From: an uncultured Verrucomicrobiae bacterium | Lineage (GTDB): Bacteria; Verrucomicrobiota; Verrucomicrobiia; Chthoniobacterales; JAATET01 | Direction: 5' to 3' | Assembly: GCA_963719495.1 (NCBI GenBank) | Contig: CAVRCI010000002.1 | Span: 224,001-288,000, forward strand | Length of the DNA stretch: 64,000 bases | Shown here: one piece after another, positions 26,192-35,239 of the stretch | How positions within the stretch are numbered: the stretch's first letter is position 1 | Layout of the letters: each line of letters starts with the position of its first letter | Notes under the pieces: model-generated | Database searches by the model: none | Told to the model about the DNA's origin: nothing | What the model saw: only the letters and a program-made list of their open reading frames with translations | Position numbers and translations under genes: made by a program

Positions 26192-28240
26192 CTATAGAAT
26201 GGCTTCGCTTTCGATGATGGCGGCTCCGTAGGCGGGTAGGAGGATTGTTCCAAGGCACTCGGTTTCCGCGAGGAGGTCGGTTCCGGTGGGGAGGCCGGTG
26301 ATGGTGCTGGGGGTCGGTTCGTGGTTGAGGACGAAGGTGAGGGTGCGGTCGTTGGCGACCCGGCGGGTGATTTCGATGTTCGGGAAGGCTCGAGCGAGAG
26401 GGAGGATCTTGCTGTGAGCGAGGATGAGGTCGAAAAGTTCGGTGACGTTATCTTTCGAGAACCACGTGCCGAGGTAGAGGGCGGCTCCGGTGCCGTGGCG
26501 GTTGATCGTGCCAGCCAGCGTGCCGGGGGCCGCGTGCGGGGAGCGATCGGTGGTGGGGGTCCAGGTGGCCAGCGGCTCGGCGGTGGTTGGGGCGACGATT
26601 TCGTAGCCGCCCGCCAGGGGGATCGTGGCCGAGGCGGTTTGGAGGTGGAGGAGCGGGGTGTCGAGTTTGCCAAATTCCTCGACGGTGACGCCGAAGACGT
26701 CGGCGAGGAGGCCGGGCGGGGTGGTGCGGATGACTTGGTTGCGGCGGTCGCGGGTGGCGGTGCGGGCGGTGGCGACGAGGAGGCCGCCGCGGTCGACGAA
26801 CGCGCGGAGGCGGGCGGCGAGGTCTTCGTCCATGAGCACGAAGTTGCTGAGGACGATGAGGTCGAGGCCGTCGAAGGAATCGGTCGAGGCGACGAAGCCC
26901 GCTGCGAGGTGGCGGTGGAGCATCTCGCCGTAGACGAGGTCGCGCTGATCCTTAGGGCGGGGGAGGCCGTTGGACATCGTGACGTAGGCTTCGTCCTGTT
27001 CGACTTCGAGGAGGACGGCGGCTCGGACGTGGGCGGTGGTGCCGAGTATTTTGGGGCCGATCCGGGCGAGCTCCGCGCCTTCCTGGGCGAATTCGTGGTA
27101 GCGGCGGCGGGGGACGTCGTCGTGGTCGAGAATGCCGTTCCAATACATCTCCGCACCGAACGGGCAGGTGCGCCAACGGAAGTGCAGGATCCCGGCGGCT
27201 CCGTGGGCGATGGATTGATAGGTCCAGAGGCGCATTTGGCCGGGAGCGGTGGTCGGGAGGAGGTAGGGGCGCTGGCCGCCGGCTCCGGCTTGCTGCTCCG
27301 GGACAATGAACGTGCCGGAGGCAGCGCGGGTGCGTTCGGCGGTCGTCGCGGACCACACGAATCCGGCGGGCTGCTCGCTGAAGCCCGGGTAGAGATCGAC
27401 GGAGAGGAAATCGAGGTCAGTCGCGAATTTGTTGTAGTCGATGTGGTCGAAGAGGCCGTTGTGGGTGATCCACCAATTGGGCTGGGCGGCGCGGAGGATG
27501 GCGACTTGTTCGCGCTGAAACTCGATGACGGCGTCGCTGTAGAATCGGAGGAGGTCGAGGTGTTGGCTGGGGTTCGGGTGGGTCGGGCGGTCGAGGCGGG
27601 CGAATTCGATCTGGTCGAAATCGTCGTAGGTCTGCGCCCAGAACGCTGTGCCCCAGGCTTCGTTGAGGGTGGCGATGTCGGTGTAGCGCTCGCGGAGCCA
27701 GTCGCGGAAACCGGCGAGGCAGGCGTCGCAGTGGCACTCGTCGAAGTGGCAGTTGAATTCGTTGTCGATCTGCCAGCCGATCACGCGGGGGCTGACGGCG
27801 AAGTGGTCCGCCATGGCGCGGGTGATGCGGCGCGAGGCTTCGCGGAAGCCGGGATTCGTGGTGCAGCAGTGCTGGCGGCTGCCGTGGGTCATGGCGCGTC
27901 CGTTGGCGTCGACGCGCAGCCACTCTGGGTGGGCGGCGGTGAGCCAACGGGGCGGGGCGGCGGTGGGGGTGCAGAGGATCGTGTCGATGTCGACGGCGCC
28001 GCAGCGGTCGATCGTTTCGTCGAAGAGCGAGAAATCGAATTGGTCGAGGCGGGGTTCCATGAAGTCCCAGGCGAACTCGGCCAGACGGACGACGTTCGTC
28101 CCGGCGGCGGCCATGTTGGCGGGATCGGCGAGGCGCTGTTCGAGCGGCCAATGCTCGGGGTAGTAGGTGGCTCCGAAGAGGAAGCGCGGGAAGCGGCTTG
28201 GGCGGAGGTGGACGGGGATGGAGGGAGGATTTAAGGACAC
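26192..28240 (-). CDS. Beta-galactosidase, GH42 family
   Basis: GATYYPEHWP, VRLAEFAW..MEP, TPTAAPPRWL, WQIDNE (acid/base), LN.AWGTAFW, VPEQQ, FRWR...GAE. Start placed at GTG 28240 because the longer ORF runs into the tRNA. Confidence 0.93.
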   Translation of the reverse strand: MSLNPPSIPVHLRPSRFPRFLFGATYYPEHWPLEQRLADPANMAAAGTNVVRLAEFAWDFMEPRLDQFDFSLFDETIDRCGAVDIDTILCTPTAAPPRWLTAAHPEWLRVDANGRAMTHGSRQHCCTTNPGFREASRRITRAMADHFAVSPRVIGWQIDNEFNCHFDECHCDACLAGFRDWLRERYTDIATLNEAWGTAFWAQTYDDFDQIEFARLDRPTHPNPSQHLDLLRFYSDAVIEFQREQVAILRAAQPNWWITHNGLFDHIDYNKFATDLDFLSVDLYPGFSEQPAGFVWSATTAERTRAASGTFIVPEQQAGAGGQRPYLLPTTAPGQMRLWTYQSIAHGAAGILHFRWRTCPFGAEMYWNGILDHDDVPRRRYHEFAQEGAELARIGPKILGTTAHVRAAVLLEVEQDEAYVTMSNGLPRPKDQRDLVYGEMLHRHLAAGFVASTDSFDGLDLIVLSNFVLMDEDLAARLRAFVDRGGLLVATARTATRDRRNQVIRTTPPGLLADVFGVTVEEFGKLDTPLLHLQTASATIPLAGGYEIVAPTTAEPLATWTPTTDRSPHAAPGTLAGTINRHGTGAALYLGTWFSKDNVTELFDLILAHSKILPLARAFPNIEITRRVANDRTLTFVLNHEPTPSTITGLPTGTDLLAETECLGTILLPAYGAAIIESEAIL

Positions 28241-28348
28241 GAAGCGGCGAGGAATAGAGTTCAAACGATGGGGGGACTCGGAGGAATCCGCGAGCGGCGT
28301 TTTGTTGAAGACAGGGGCGTTCGTAAAACGAACGTTTGGAGAAAAACG

Positions 28349-28421
28349 CGGAGCCGACGGGATTCGAACCCGCAACCTCTGCCGTGACAGGGCAGCGCTC
28401 TAACCGTTGAGCTACGGCTCC
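28349..28421 (-). tRNA. tRNA-Asp(GTC); CCA not encoded
   Basis: GGAGCCGTAGCTCAACGGTTAGAGCGCTGCCCTGTCACGGCAGAGGTTGCGGGTTCGAATCCCGTCGGCTCCG: acceptor stem GGAGCCG/CGGCTCC, anticodon arm CTGCC-CTGTCAC-GGCAG, T-loop GTTCGAATC. Confidence 0.97.
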
Positions 28422-28442
28422 TTTCCTCGAAAGGAGTGGGGG

Positions 28443-28471
28443 ACTATCCACGCATGGTCGGGGGGGCGCAA
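28443..28471 (-). promoter_or_regulatory. Putative sigma70 promoter of tRNA-Asp
   Basis: TTGCGC-17 nt-GATAGT, ending about 20 nt upstream of the tRNA. Confidence 0.4.
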
Positions 28472-28490
28472 TCTTTTTTGAAACCGAAAT

Positions 28491-28519
28491 TTGCCACCTC
28501 GGCGTATGCTCCCTAGAAC
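28491..28519 (+). promoter_or_regulatory. Putative sigma70 promoter of the halogenase-ubiD operon
   Basis: TTGCCA-17 nt-TAGAAC, just upstream of ATG 28533. Confidence 0.3.
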
Positions 28520-28532
28520 GATGGGTGTGCGG

Positions 28533-30125
28533 ATGAACGGTGAATGGGATTACGACGTGCTGGTGATCGGCGCGGCGTTTTCGGGTTCGTCGTTGGCGCT
28601 GATGTTGCGGCGGGAGTTCGCGGATTTGCGGGTGCTCGTGGTGGATCGGTCGACGCGGTTCGATCGGAAGGTGGGGGAGGCGACCACGGAGATCGCCGGG
28701 CATTTTTTGCACAAACGGCTGGCGCTCACCTCTTATCTGGCGAATCACCAAATTGCGAAGCAGGGGCTGCGGCTTTGGTTTACGGATGGTCGGGACGGGG
28801 TGGAGACTGCGTTCGAGGATTGCGCGGAGGTCGGGGCGAATTACCAGGTGCGGATGCCGTCGTTCCAATTGGATCGGGCGGAGATGGATGAGCATTTGGT
28901 GTCCCTAGCGGAGGAAGCTGGAGCGGAGGTGCGGCGGGGTGTGAAGGTGTCGGACATCGATCTGGATGGGGGGGCGGTCTCGGTGGACGGCGGGACGGTG
29001 AGGGCGCGGTGGATCGTGGATGCGTCGGGGCGGGCGGCGACGGTGGCGCGTCAGACTGGGAATTTCCGCAAGTTGGACGAGCACCCGACGAACGCGATCT
29101 GGGGGCGGTTTCGTGGGGCGGACGATTTGGATGGGTATCGGCTGCGGACGGAGTTTCCGGAGTTTGGGAAATCGACGATTGCGAGCCGCGGGGCGGCGAC
29201 GAATCACCTCACCGGTTACGGCTGGTGGTGTTGGATCATTCCGCTGAAGGGTGGGGACGTGAGTGTGGGATTGGTTTACGACGCAAGTCTCTTTACGCCG
29301 CCAACGGAGGGGAATCTCACGGAGCGGCTGCGGGCGCATTTGCTGGCCCATCCGATCGGGCGGGAACTCTTCGGGAAGGCGGAGGCCATTGAGGGGGAGA
29401 CCCGGGCGTATTCGGGGTTGCCGTATTACACGGAGGCGCTGGCCGGGCCGAATTGGCAGGTTGTCGGGGACGCGGCGGGTTTCATCGATCCGCTTTACAG
29501 CGCGGGGCTGGATTACTGTTCGTGGACGGTGCGGTGCGCGTTTGGGCGGATCGCGGGGGAGCTGCGGGGCGAGGTGGTGGATTTGGAACGGCTCAACGCG
29601 CGGTTTCGGCGTTCGTATCGGGCGTGGTTCGACGGGCTTTACGCGGCGAAGTATGAATACGTGGGCGACGCGGAGTTGATGTCGGCGGCGTATTGGATGG
29701 ACATCGCGCTGTTTTACTTGGGGCCGGTGCGGGAGATCACCGTGGCGCCGGAGGCGGATCTGGATTGTTTGCCGTTCAATGGTCCGGTGGATCGGCGGGT
29801 GGCGAAGTTCATGGCGTTTTACAATCGGCGGTTGGCGGCGATTGCGCGGAAGCGGCGGGCGGCGGGGTGCTGGGGACGGCGGAACACGGGCTTTCGCGAG
29901 CTGGGGGATGGGTTCGTGCCCGATCCGCGGGTGCTCAAAGTGCTTTGGAAGGGGGTGCGCCGGTGGTTGGGGGCGGAGTGGCACGCTTTGTTCTTGCGGC
30001 CGGCGAGCGCGGCTGAGGGTGAGGAAGTGGCGCTTCGCGCTGGGGTTGGTTCGGCAGCCGGAACGAAGTGGAGACCGGCGAAGCCAATTGCAAATCGCCG
30101 CTCTTTGAGCGAGACCCCTTCTTGA
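28533..30125 (+). CDS. Flavin-dependent halogenase-like FAD oxidoreductase
   Basis: DVLVIGAAFSG (variant GxGxxG), KVGEAT, conserved K in IAKQGLR, FQLDRAEMD, DASGR, WCWIIP (WxWxIP), GDAAGFIDPLYSAG. Confidence 0.85.
   Translation: MNGEWDYDVLVIGAAFSGSSLALMLRREFADLRVLVVDRSTRFDRKVGEATTEIAGHFLHKRLALTSYLANHQIAKQGLRLWFTDGRDGVETAFEDCAEVGANYQVRMPSFQLDRAEMDEHLVSLAEEAGAEVRRGVKVSDIDLDGGAVSVDGGTVRARWIVDASGRAATVARQTGNFRKLDEHPTNAIWGRFRGADDLDGYRLRTEFPEFGKSTIASRGAATNHLTGYGWWCWIIPLKGGDVSVGLVYDASLFTPPTEGNLTERLRAHLLAHPIGRELFGKAEAIEGETRAYSGLPYYTEALAGPNWQVVGDAAGFIDPLYSAGLDYCSWTVRCAFGRIAGELRGEVVDLERLNARFRRSYRAWFDGLYAAKYEYVGDAELMSAAYWMDIALFYLGPVREITVAPEADLDCLPFNGPVDRRVAKFMAFYNRRLAAIARKRRAAGCWGRRNTGFRELGDGFVPDPRVLKVLWKGVRRWLGAEWHALFLRPASAAEGEEVALRAGVGSAAGTKWRPAKPIANRRSLSETPS
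30032..30108 (-). repeat. REP-like family A, long form, inside the halogenase 3' end
   Basis: Near-identical to 13990-14066. Confidence 0.9.
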
Positions 30126-31588
30126 TGGCTCATAGGTCTTATCGGGAGTTTTTGGGGAAACTGGAGGCGGCGGGGGAGCTGCGGCGGATTTCCGAGCCAG
30201 TGGCTACGGAGTTGCAGATCACGGAGCTGGCGGATCGGGAGATGAAGTCGCCGGGCGGCGGGATGGCGTTGCTCTTCGAGAAGCCGACGATTGACGGGAA
30301 GGTTTCCGAATTTCCGGTCTCGGTGAACGCGATGGGGTCGCGGTCGCGGATGGCGATGGCGCTGGGATTGGAGTCGGTGGACGAGCTGGCGGATCAGCTT
30401 CAATTCATCATGAAGGCGAAGCCGCCGCGGGGGTTGAAGGATGCGGTGACTTTGCTTCGGAACGGGATTGATCTCATTCACGCGCGGCCTAAGTCGGTGA
30501 AAGATGGGCCCTGCAAGGAAGTGATCGAGCGGTTCGAGGGGGAGGGGCTGACTTTGGACGATCTGCCGATTTTGAAGTGCTGGCCACAGGATGGCGGGCG
30601 GTTTGTGACTTTGCCGACGGTTTACACCAAAGATCCCGATACGGGGGAGCGGAACGTGGGGATGTATCGGATGCAGGTCTACGATGGGCGGACGACGGGG
30701 ATGCATTGGCAGGTGCATAAGGTCGGGGCGCGGCACGGGAAACGGTATTACGAACGCGGGGAGCGGATGCCGGTGGCGGTGGCGCTGGGGGGTGATCCGG
30801 CTTACACCTTTGCCGCGACGGCTCCGCTGCCGGATGGGTTGGATGAGATTCTCTTTGCGGGATTTGCGCGGAAGAAGTCGGTGCCGCTGATCAAATGCGA
30901 GACGATCGACATCGAGGTGCCGGCGGATTCGGACTTTGTGCTGGAGGGTTACGTCGATCCGGCGGAGCGAAGGGCGGAGGGGCCGTTTGGGGACCACACG
31001 GGGTTTTATACGCCGGTGGACGATTATCCGGTTTTTCACCTGACCGCGATTACGCGGCGGAGGGATGCGATTTATCCGGCGACGATCGTGGGGATTCCGC
31101 CGATGGAGGACTTTTACATGGGGGCGGCGAGCGTGAAGGTGTTCCTACCGATCTTTAAGATGAACTTTCCGGAGATCGTCGACATGGCTTTGCCGGCGGA
31201 GGGGGTGTTTCACAACCTGGTCTTTGTCTCGATTCGGAAGCAATACGCGTGGCAGGCGTATAAGATCATGCACGGGCTTTGGGGGATGGGGCAGATGATG
31301 TTCGCGAAATACATCGTGGTCGTGGACGACGATTGCGACGTGCACAACACGAGCGAGGTGCTCTTTCGGATGTGCGCGAATACCGATCCGAAGCGGGATT
31401 CGACTTTCATTAAAAATCCGAGTGATTCGCTGGATCACGCGCCGTCCGTGGAGGCGCTGGGTTCGCACATGGGGATGGATGCGACGCGGAAGCTGGCGGG
31501 GGAGGGGCACACTCGGGGGTGGCCGGATTTGGTGAAGATGGAGGCTGGGGTGGTGGCTTGGGCGGATGGGTTTCTTGGTGGGCGGTGA
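30125..31588 (+). CDS. UbiD family prFMN-dependent decarboxylase (menaquinone-biosynthesis decarboxylase-like)
   Basis: LPILKCWPQDGGRFVTLP, RNVGMYRMQ, EGPFGDHTGFY, GIPPMED; TGATG overlap with the halogenase stop. Confidence 0.95.
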   Translation: MAHRSYREFLGKLEAAGELRRISEPVATELQITELADREMKSPGGGMALLFEKPTIDGKVSEFPVSVNAMGSRSRMAMALGLESVDELADQLQFIMKAKPPRGLKDAVTLLRNGIDLIHARPKSVKDGPCKEVIERFEGEGLTLDDLPILKCWPQDGGRFVTLPTVYTKDPDTGERNVGMYRMQVYDGRTTGMHWQVHKVGARHGKRYYERGERMPVAVALGGDPAYTFAATAPLPDGLDEILFAGFARKKSVPLIKCETIDIEVPADSDFVLEGYVDPAERRAEGPFGDHTGFYTPVDDYPVFHLTAITRRRDAIYPATIVGIPPMEDFYMGAASVKVFLPIFKMNFPEIVDMALPAEGVFHNLVFVSIRKQYAWQAYKIMHGLWGMGQMMFAKYIVVVDDDCDVHNTSEVLFRMCANTDPKRDSTFIKNPSDSLDHAPSVEALGSHMGMDATRKLAGEGHTRGWPDLVKMEAGVVAWADGFLGGR

Positions 31589-31616
31589 GGGGGGGGAGTG
31601 TCCGGCTGTGGCCGGA

Positions 31617-31731
31617 TTGGGTTGGGGTCGGCGATTGCAAATCGCCGCTCCTTGAGGGACTTCGGCTCGCTTCGCATTGCCGAGGTGATGCGGCGGGACG
31701 CCGCATCTCGCACGCGGGACGCGTGCGCTCC
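31617..31731 (-). repeat. Cluster of three REP-like hairpins between convergent ubiD and ketosynthase genes
   Basis: Family A core 31628-31658; GATGCGGCG-GGA-CGCCGCATC 31687-31707; GGAGCGCACGCGTCCCGCGTGC (minus strand) 31710-31731. Confidence 0.8.
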
Positions 31732-31734
31732 CCA

Positions 31735-33003
31735 CTAAGTCTTTCTTAGGACCAGGGCGCTGTTGATTCCTCCGAAGCCGAAGCTGTTGGTTAGGATCGT
31801 CTTGACCTTCGTTTCTCGTCCGTGGTTGGGGACGATGTCGAGGTTGCAGTCGGGGTCGGGCGTCTCGTGGTGGAGGGTGGGGGGGACCCATTGGTTCTCC
31901 AACGTGAGGCAGCAGATGCAGGCTTCGATGGCTCCGGTCGCGCCGAGCGGGTGGGCGGTGTAGGCTTTGGTTCCGCTGATCGGGATCCTGGCTGCTCGGT
32001 CGCCGAAGACGGCTTGGATGGCTCGGGTTTCGGAGGTGTCGTTGACTTTGGTGGAGCTGGCGTGGGCGTTGATGTGGTCGATCTCGTCGGGATTGACGCG
32101 GGCGTCGGCGAGGGCGTGGCGGATGGTGCGGATGCCGGGTTCGCCGGTGGGGTGGGGCGACGTCATGTGGTGGGCGTCGTTGTTGAGCGAATAACCGAGG
32201 ACTTCGGCGTAGATGTGGGCGCCGCGGGCTCGGGCGTGCTCGTATTCTTCGATGACCAGGGAGGCGCCGCCTTCGCCCATGACGAAGCCGTCGCGGTGGA
32301 GGTCGAAGGGGCGGCAGGCGGTCGGCGGCGTGCCGCGGCTCATGGTCTTGATGAAGTCGAAGGCACCGTAGCTCAGGGGGCTGAGCGGGGATTCGGCGGC
32401 TCCGGCGACGATGACGTCGGCCATGTCGTCGCGGATGTAGCGGAGGGCTTCGCCGATGGCGATGGGGCCGGAGGCGCAGGAGTTCGAGTTGGTCGTGCCG
32501 ACGCCTTGGAGGCCGAATTCGATGGCGATGTTGCTGTGGGCGGAGCCGCCGAAGACCTGGAGGGCGAGGAGTTGATTGACGGCGCGGGGGCCGCCTTCGA
32601 GGAATTTTTGCTTTTCGGCTTCGGCGTTGGAGATGCCGCCAAGGGCGGTGCCGAAGCTGACGCCGACGCGGTCCTGGGGGGTGTCGGGGGAATAGGTGAG
32701 TCCGGCGTCGGCGAGGGCTAGGTGGGCGGAGGCAACGGCGAATTGCGCGTAGCGGTCGAGGCGCTTGAGACGGTTGGGCGCGAAGAACTGGCTGGGATCG
32801 AAGTTGTCGACCTGGCCGGCGCAGCGGGCGCGGAAGTCGGTGGCGTCGAAGCGGGTGAGGGGGCCAATCCCGGATCGCTCGGCGAGGAGGCCTTGCCAAA
32901 GGGCTTCGCGACCGATGCCGATGCAGGTGATGGGGCCGAGGCCGGTGATGACGGCGCGTTTGCGCTGGTGAGCGGTGACTGGTGACTGGTGAATGGTGGG
33001 CAC
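31735..33003 (-). CDS. Beta-ketoacyl-ACP synthase (FabF-like / type II KS)
   Basis: VITGLG, NSCASG (Cys), RPFD..RDGFVMGEG, NAHASST (His), KAYTAHPLGATG (His), NSFGFGG.N. Confidence 0.95.
   Translation of the reverse strand: MPTIHQSPVTAHQRKRAVITGLGPITCIGIGREALWQGLLAERSGIGPLTRFDATDFRARCAGQVDNFDPSQFFAPNRLKRLDRYAQFAVASAHLALADAGLTYSPDTPQDRVGVSFGTALGGISNAEAEKQKFLEGGPRAVNQLLALQVFGGSAHSNIAIEFGLQGVGTTNSNSCASGPIAIGEALRYIRDDMADVIVAGAAESPLSPLSYGAFDFIKTMSRGTPPTACRPFDLHRDGFVMGEGGASLVIEEYEHARARGAHIYAEVLGYSLNNDAHHMTSPHPTGEPGIRTIRHALADARVNPDEIDHINAHASSTKVNDTSETRAIQAVFGDRAARIPISGTKAYTAHPLGATGAIEACICCLTLENQWVPPTLHHETPDPDCNLDIVPNHGRETKVKTILTNSFGFGGINSALVLRKT
32968..33000 (+). repeat. Heptamer tandem array of four GTGAnnG units followed by GTGGG, within the ketosynthase 5' end
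   Basis: gtgagcg gtgactg gtgactg gtgaatg gtggg; encodes PTIHQSPVTAH on the minus strand. Confidence 0.8.
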
Positions 33004-33069
33004 TGCGGGGCGGGCGTCTTTTGGTGGCTTGGGCGGGCTGGGTGTCGGTCTCGTTCTGGGAGAAGAAGT

Positions 33070-33097
33070 GGGAACGCGGCGGCGCGCCTTCCCTACC
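33070..33097 (-). repeat. REP-like hairpin (GGTAGGGAAGGCGCGCCGCCGCGTTCCC)
   Basis: GTAG followed by an imperfect hairpin; intergenic. Confidence 0.55.
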
Positions 33098-33102
33098 TTG
33101 CG

Positions 33103-33543
33103 TTAGGTTCTCGCCTCCAGGTGGGTCTTGAACGTTTTGAGGGTTTTGTGGGCGATGTTGTCGATGAAGAAGCCGCCGATGATGGGTTCGGCGATCTTCG
33201 CCAGAGCCGGGATTCGGAAGTCGAGGACGTGGATGATGGTGACCAGGGTGCCTTCGGGTCTTTCTTCGAAGGTCCAGACGACGGTCATGCCTTTGGTGAA
33301 GGCTTTGAGGTGGTTGAAGTGGATCTCGAGCTTCTCGCGGTCGATGATTTGTTCGGACGTCCATGCGATGGGGATGCCGTCGCGGTGGGCGGCCATTTTG
33401 ACGATGTGGCGGTCGTCGCCGCGCTCGAGGTAGTCGATGTAGCGGTAGTGCGGGAGGATGGCGGGCCAGCGGGAGAGGTCCGACGTGCAATCGAAGATGT
33501 CCTGCTTGGGGGCGCGGATGACGATGGTGGAACTGGTGTTCAT
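33103..33543 (-). CDS. SRPBCC / polyketide cyclase-dehydratase family protein
   Basis: 146 aa from ATG 33543: TIVIRAP..IF....DLSRWP.ILPH...W.S......I.F.H....KGM.VVW.F; ATGA overlap with the upstream gene. Confidence 0.85.
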   Translation of the reverse strand: MNTSSTIVIRAPKQDIFDCTSDLSRWPAILPHYRYIDYLERGDDRHIVKMAAHRDGIPIAWTSEQIIDREKLEIHFNHLKAFTKGMTVVWTFEERPEGTLVTIIHVLDFRIPALAKIAEPIIGGFFIDNIAHKTLKTFKTHLEART

Positions 33544-34226
33544 TCGGCGTTGATCAGGTAGTGGCAGAAGGCCTCGCCAGCGTGGATTTCGAGTCTTACG
33601 AGTTTCGCCCGGGTGATGCGTTGAAGAAATTCCGGATTCGTGCCGGTGAGGGTGGGCGCTTCGCCGCCGCCGAAGATGAGGGGGGCGCGGGTGAGGTAGA
33701 GTTCGTCGAGGGCGTCGAGTTCGATGAGGGTGCGCAGGAGGGTGGGGCCACCCTCGCAGACGAGGGTGCGGACGTCGCGTTCCCGGCGGAGGAAGCGGAG
33801 GACCGCGGCGGTGTCGACGGCGTCGGCGGCGGTGAGGTGGAGGGTGGCATGGGGAGCGAGTTGGTCGCGGAGGGTGGCGGGCATTTTCTCCGTGCTGAAG
33901 AGGATTCGCTCGGAGGTGCCGCCGTGGAAGAGCTTCCACTCGGGATCGAAGTGGCCGGAATTGCTGAGGACGGCTCGGATCGGCTCGGGGGATTGGCCGC
34001 GGGCGGTGCGTTGTTTTTGCAGGGCCTTTCCCGGGAGGTTCATGCTCATGCTGTCGGCTTCGAGGGTGCCGCGGCCAACGAGGAGGGCGTCGCCGAGGGA
34101 GCGGATGCGGAGGAGTTCGTTGAAGTCGCGCTTGGAGGTGAAGCCGGTGGGGGTGTGGTTGCGGGTCGAGATCTTGCCGTCGGCGGTGACGGCGAAGTTG
34201 GCGAGGACGCGGGGGCGGTCTTTCAC
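33540..34226 (-). CDS. RibD C-terminal / dihydrofolate reductase-fold reductase
   Basis: RPRVLANFAVTADGKIS, R...DALLVGRGT, LVCEGGPTL, LDELYLT.AP.IFGG..APT; no deaminase domain. Confidence 0.9.
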   Translation of the reverse strand: MKDRPRVLANFAVTADGKISTRNHTPTGFTSKRDFNELLRIRSLGDALLVGRGTLEADSMSMNLPGKALQKQRTARGQSPEPIRAVLSNSGHFDPEWKLFHGGTSERILFSTEKMPATLRDQLAPHATLHLTAADAVDTAAVLRFLRRERDVRTLVCEGGPTLLRTLIELDALDELYLTRAPLIFGGGEAPTLTGTNPEFLQRITRAKLVRLEIHAGEAFCHYLINAE

Positions 34227-35239
34227 GCTTCGGGGTGGTGGGCGGCGTCGGCGGTGACGGCGTCCATCTCGGCGACGGCGGCGTGGGTGGCGGGGCGGCG
34301 GTAGGTGAGGTAGACGAGGCCGCCGACGAGGCTCCAGATCACCATCATGAGGTAGCCGAGCAGGGAGATAAGGACGGCCTGGGGGCGGGGAATGGCGTAG
34401 AGGGAATTGAGGAGCTGCTCGAAAATTTGTTCGCGAACGCCGATGCCCGAGAGGCTGATCGGGATGGAGGTGATGGCGTTGACGATGGGCATCACCGAGA
34501 AGGTGTCGAGGAGCCCGAGAGCGCTGCCGAGGGCGCGGGCGGCGAAGTAGAACGTGATGAAGATGAGGAGGTGGCTAACGACCGAGATCGCGAAGGTCGA
34601 GAGCAGGGCGAGGGGGGCGCGGGCGTAGCGTTCGGTGGCGACGGCGAGGTCGACGAGGCCGGTGCGGAAGGGCAGTTTGGCCGGGAGGCGGTCCTGGAGG
34701 TGGAAGATGGAGATCGCGGCTCCGACGGCGACCATTCCCACGCCGCCGCCGAGGATGAGGACGAGGGTGCCGAGCATGGCCTGGGCGATGGGGGTGCTCA
34801 TGAGGACGTCGAAGCGGAGGGCGACGACGACGAGGGCGACGAGGCAGAGGGCGAGGAGGCCGACGACGCGGTCGACGACGATGCTGAGGAAGGCGGCGGC
34901 GCGGGCGGTGGGGGATTCGCGGACGGCGTAGTAGATTTTGGCGACGTCGCCGCCGGTGGCGCCGAGGAGGAAGAGATTGAAGAACGCGCCGATGAAGTAG
35001 AGTTGGACGGTGCGCCACCACGCGAAGTCGATGCCGACCGCGCGCAGGAGGATGTGCCAGCGGGCGGCTTGCAGGAAGAGGGCGATGCCGGTGGCGGCGG
35101 CCCCGGGGATGAACCACCAGAGGTTCGCGGCGCGCAGGGCGTCGGCCATGAGGGTGCGCTTGGCGGGATCGTGGAAGATCCAGGCGATGAGCGCGAGCGA
35201 GACGAGGATCTGGAGGGTGGCAACGAGGGCGCGCTTCAC
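34223..35239 (-). CDS. Lysylphosphatidylglycerol-synthase TM / flippase-like membrane protein
   Basis: RWHILL, YFIGAFFNLFL.GATGGD, S.VVDRVVG, IPISLSGIGVRE; GTGA overlaps at both ends. Confidence 0.88.
   Translation of the reverse strand: MKRALVATLQILVSLALIAWIFHDPAKRTLMADALRAANLWWFIPGAAATGIALFLQAARWHILLRAVGIDFAWWRTVQLYFIGAFFNLFLLGATGGDVAKIYYAVRESPTARAAAFLSIVVDRVVGLLALCLVALVVVALRFDVLMSTPIAQAMLGTLVLILGGGVGMVAVGAAISIFHLQDRLPAKLPFRTGLVDLAVATERYARAPLALLSTFAISVVSHLLIFITFYFAARALGSALGLLDTFSVMPIVNAITSIPISLSGIGVREQIFEQLLNSLYAIPRPQAVLISLLGYLMMVIWSLVGGLVYLTYRRPATHAAVAEMDAVTADAAHHPEA

Noticed and set aside
28241..28375. N-terminal extension of the GH42 ORF
   Set aside because: It runs into the tRNA-Asp gene; GTG 28240 is the more plausible start.
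28349..28421. tRNA-anchored genomic island or prophage
   Set aside because: No integrase and no duplicated tRNA 3' end seen in the window; the neighbours are metabolic genes.
33544..33939. 278-aa version of the SRPBCC protein
   Set aside because: The upstream part is an alternate frame of the RibD-like gene; ATG 33543 overlaps that gene's stop (ATGA).
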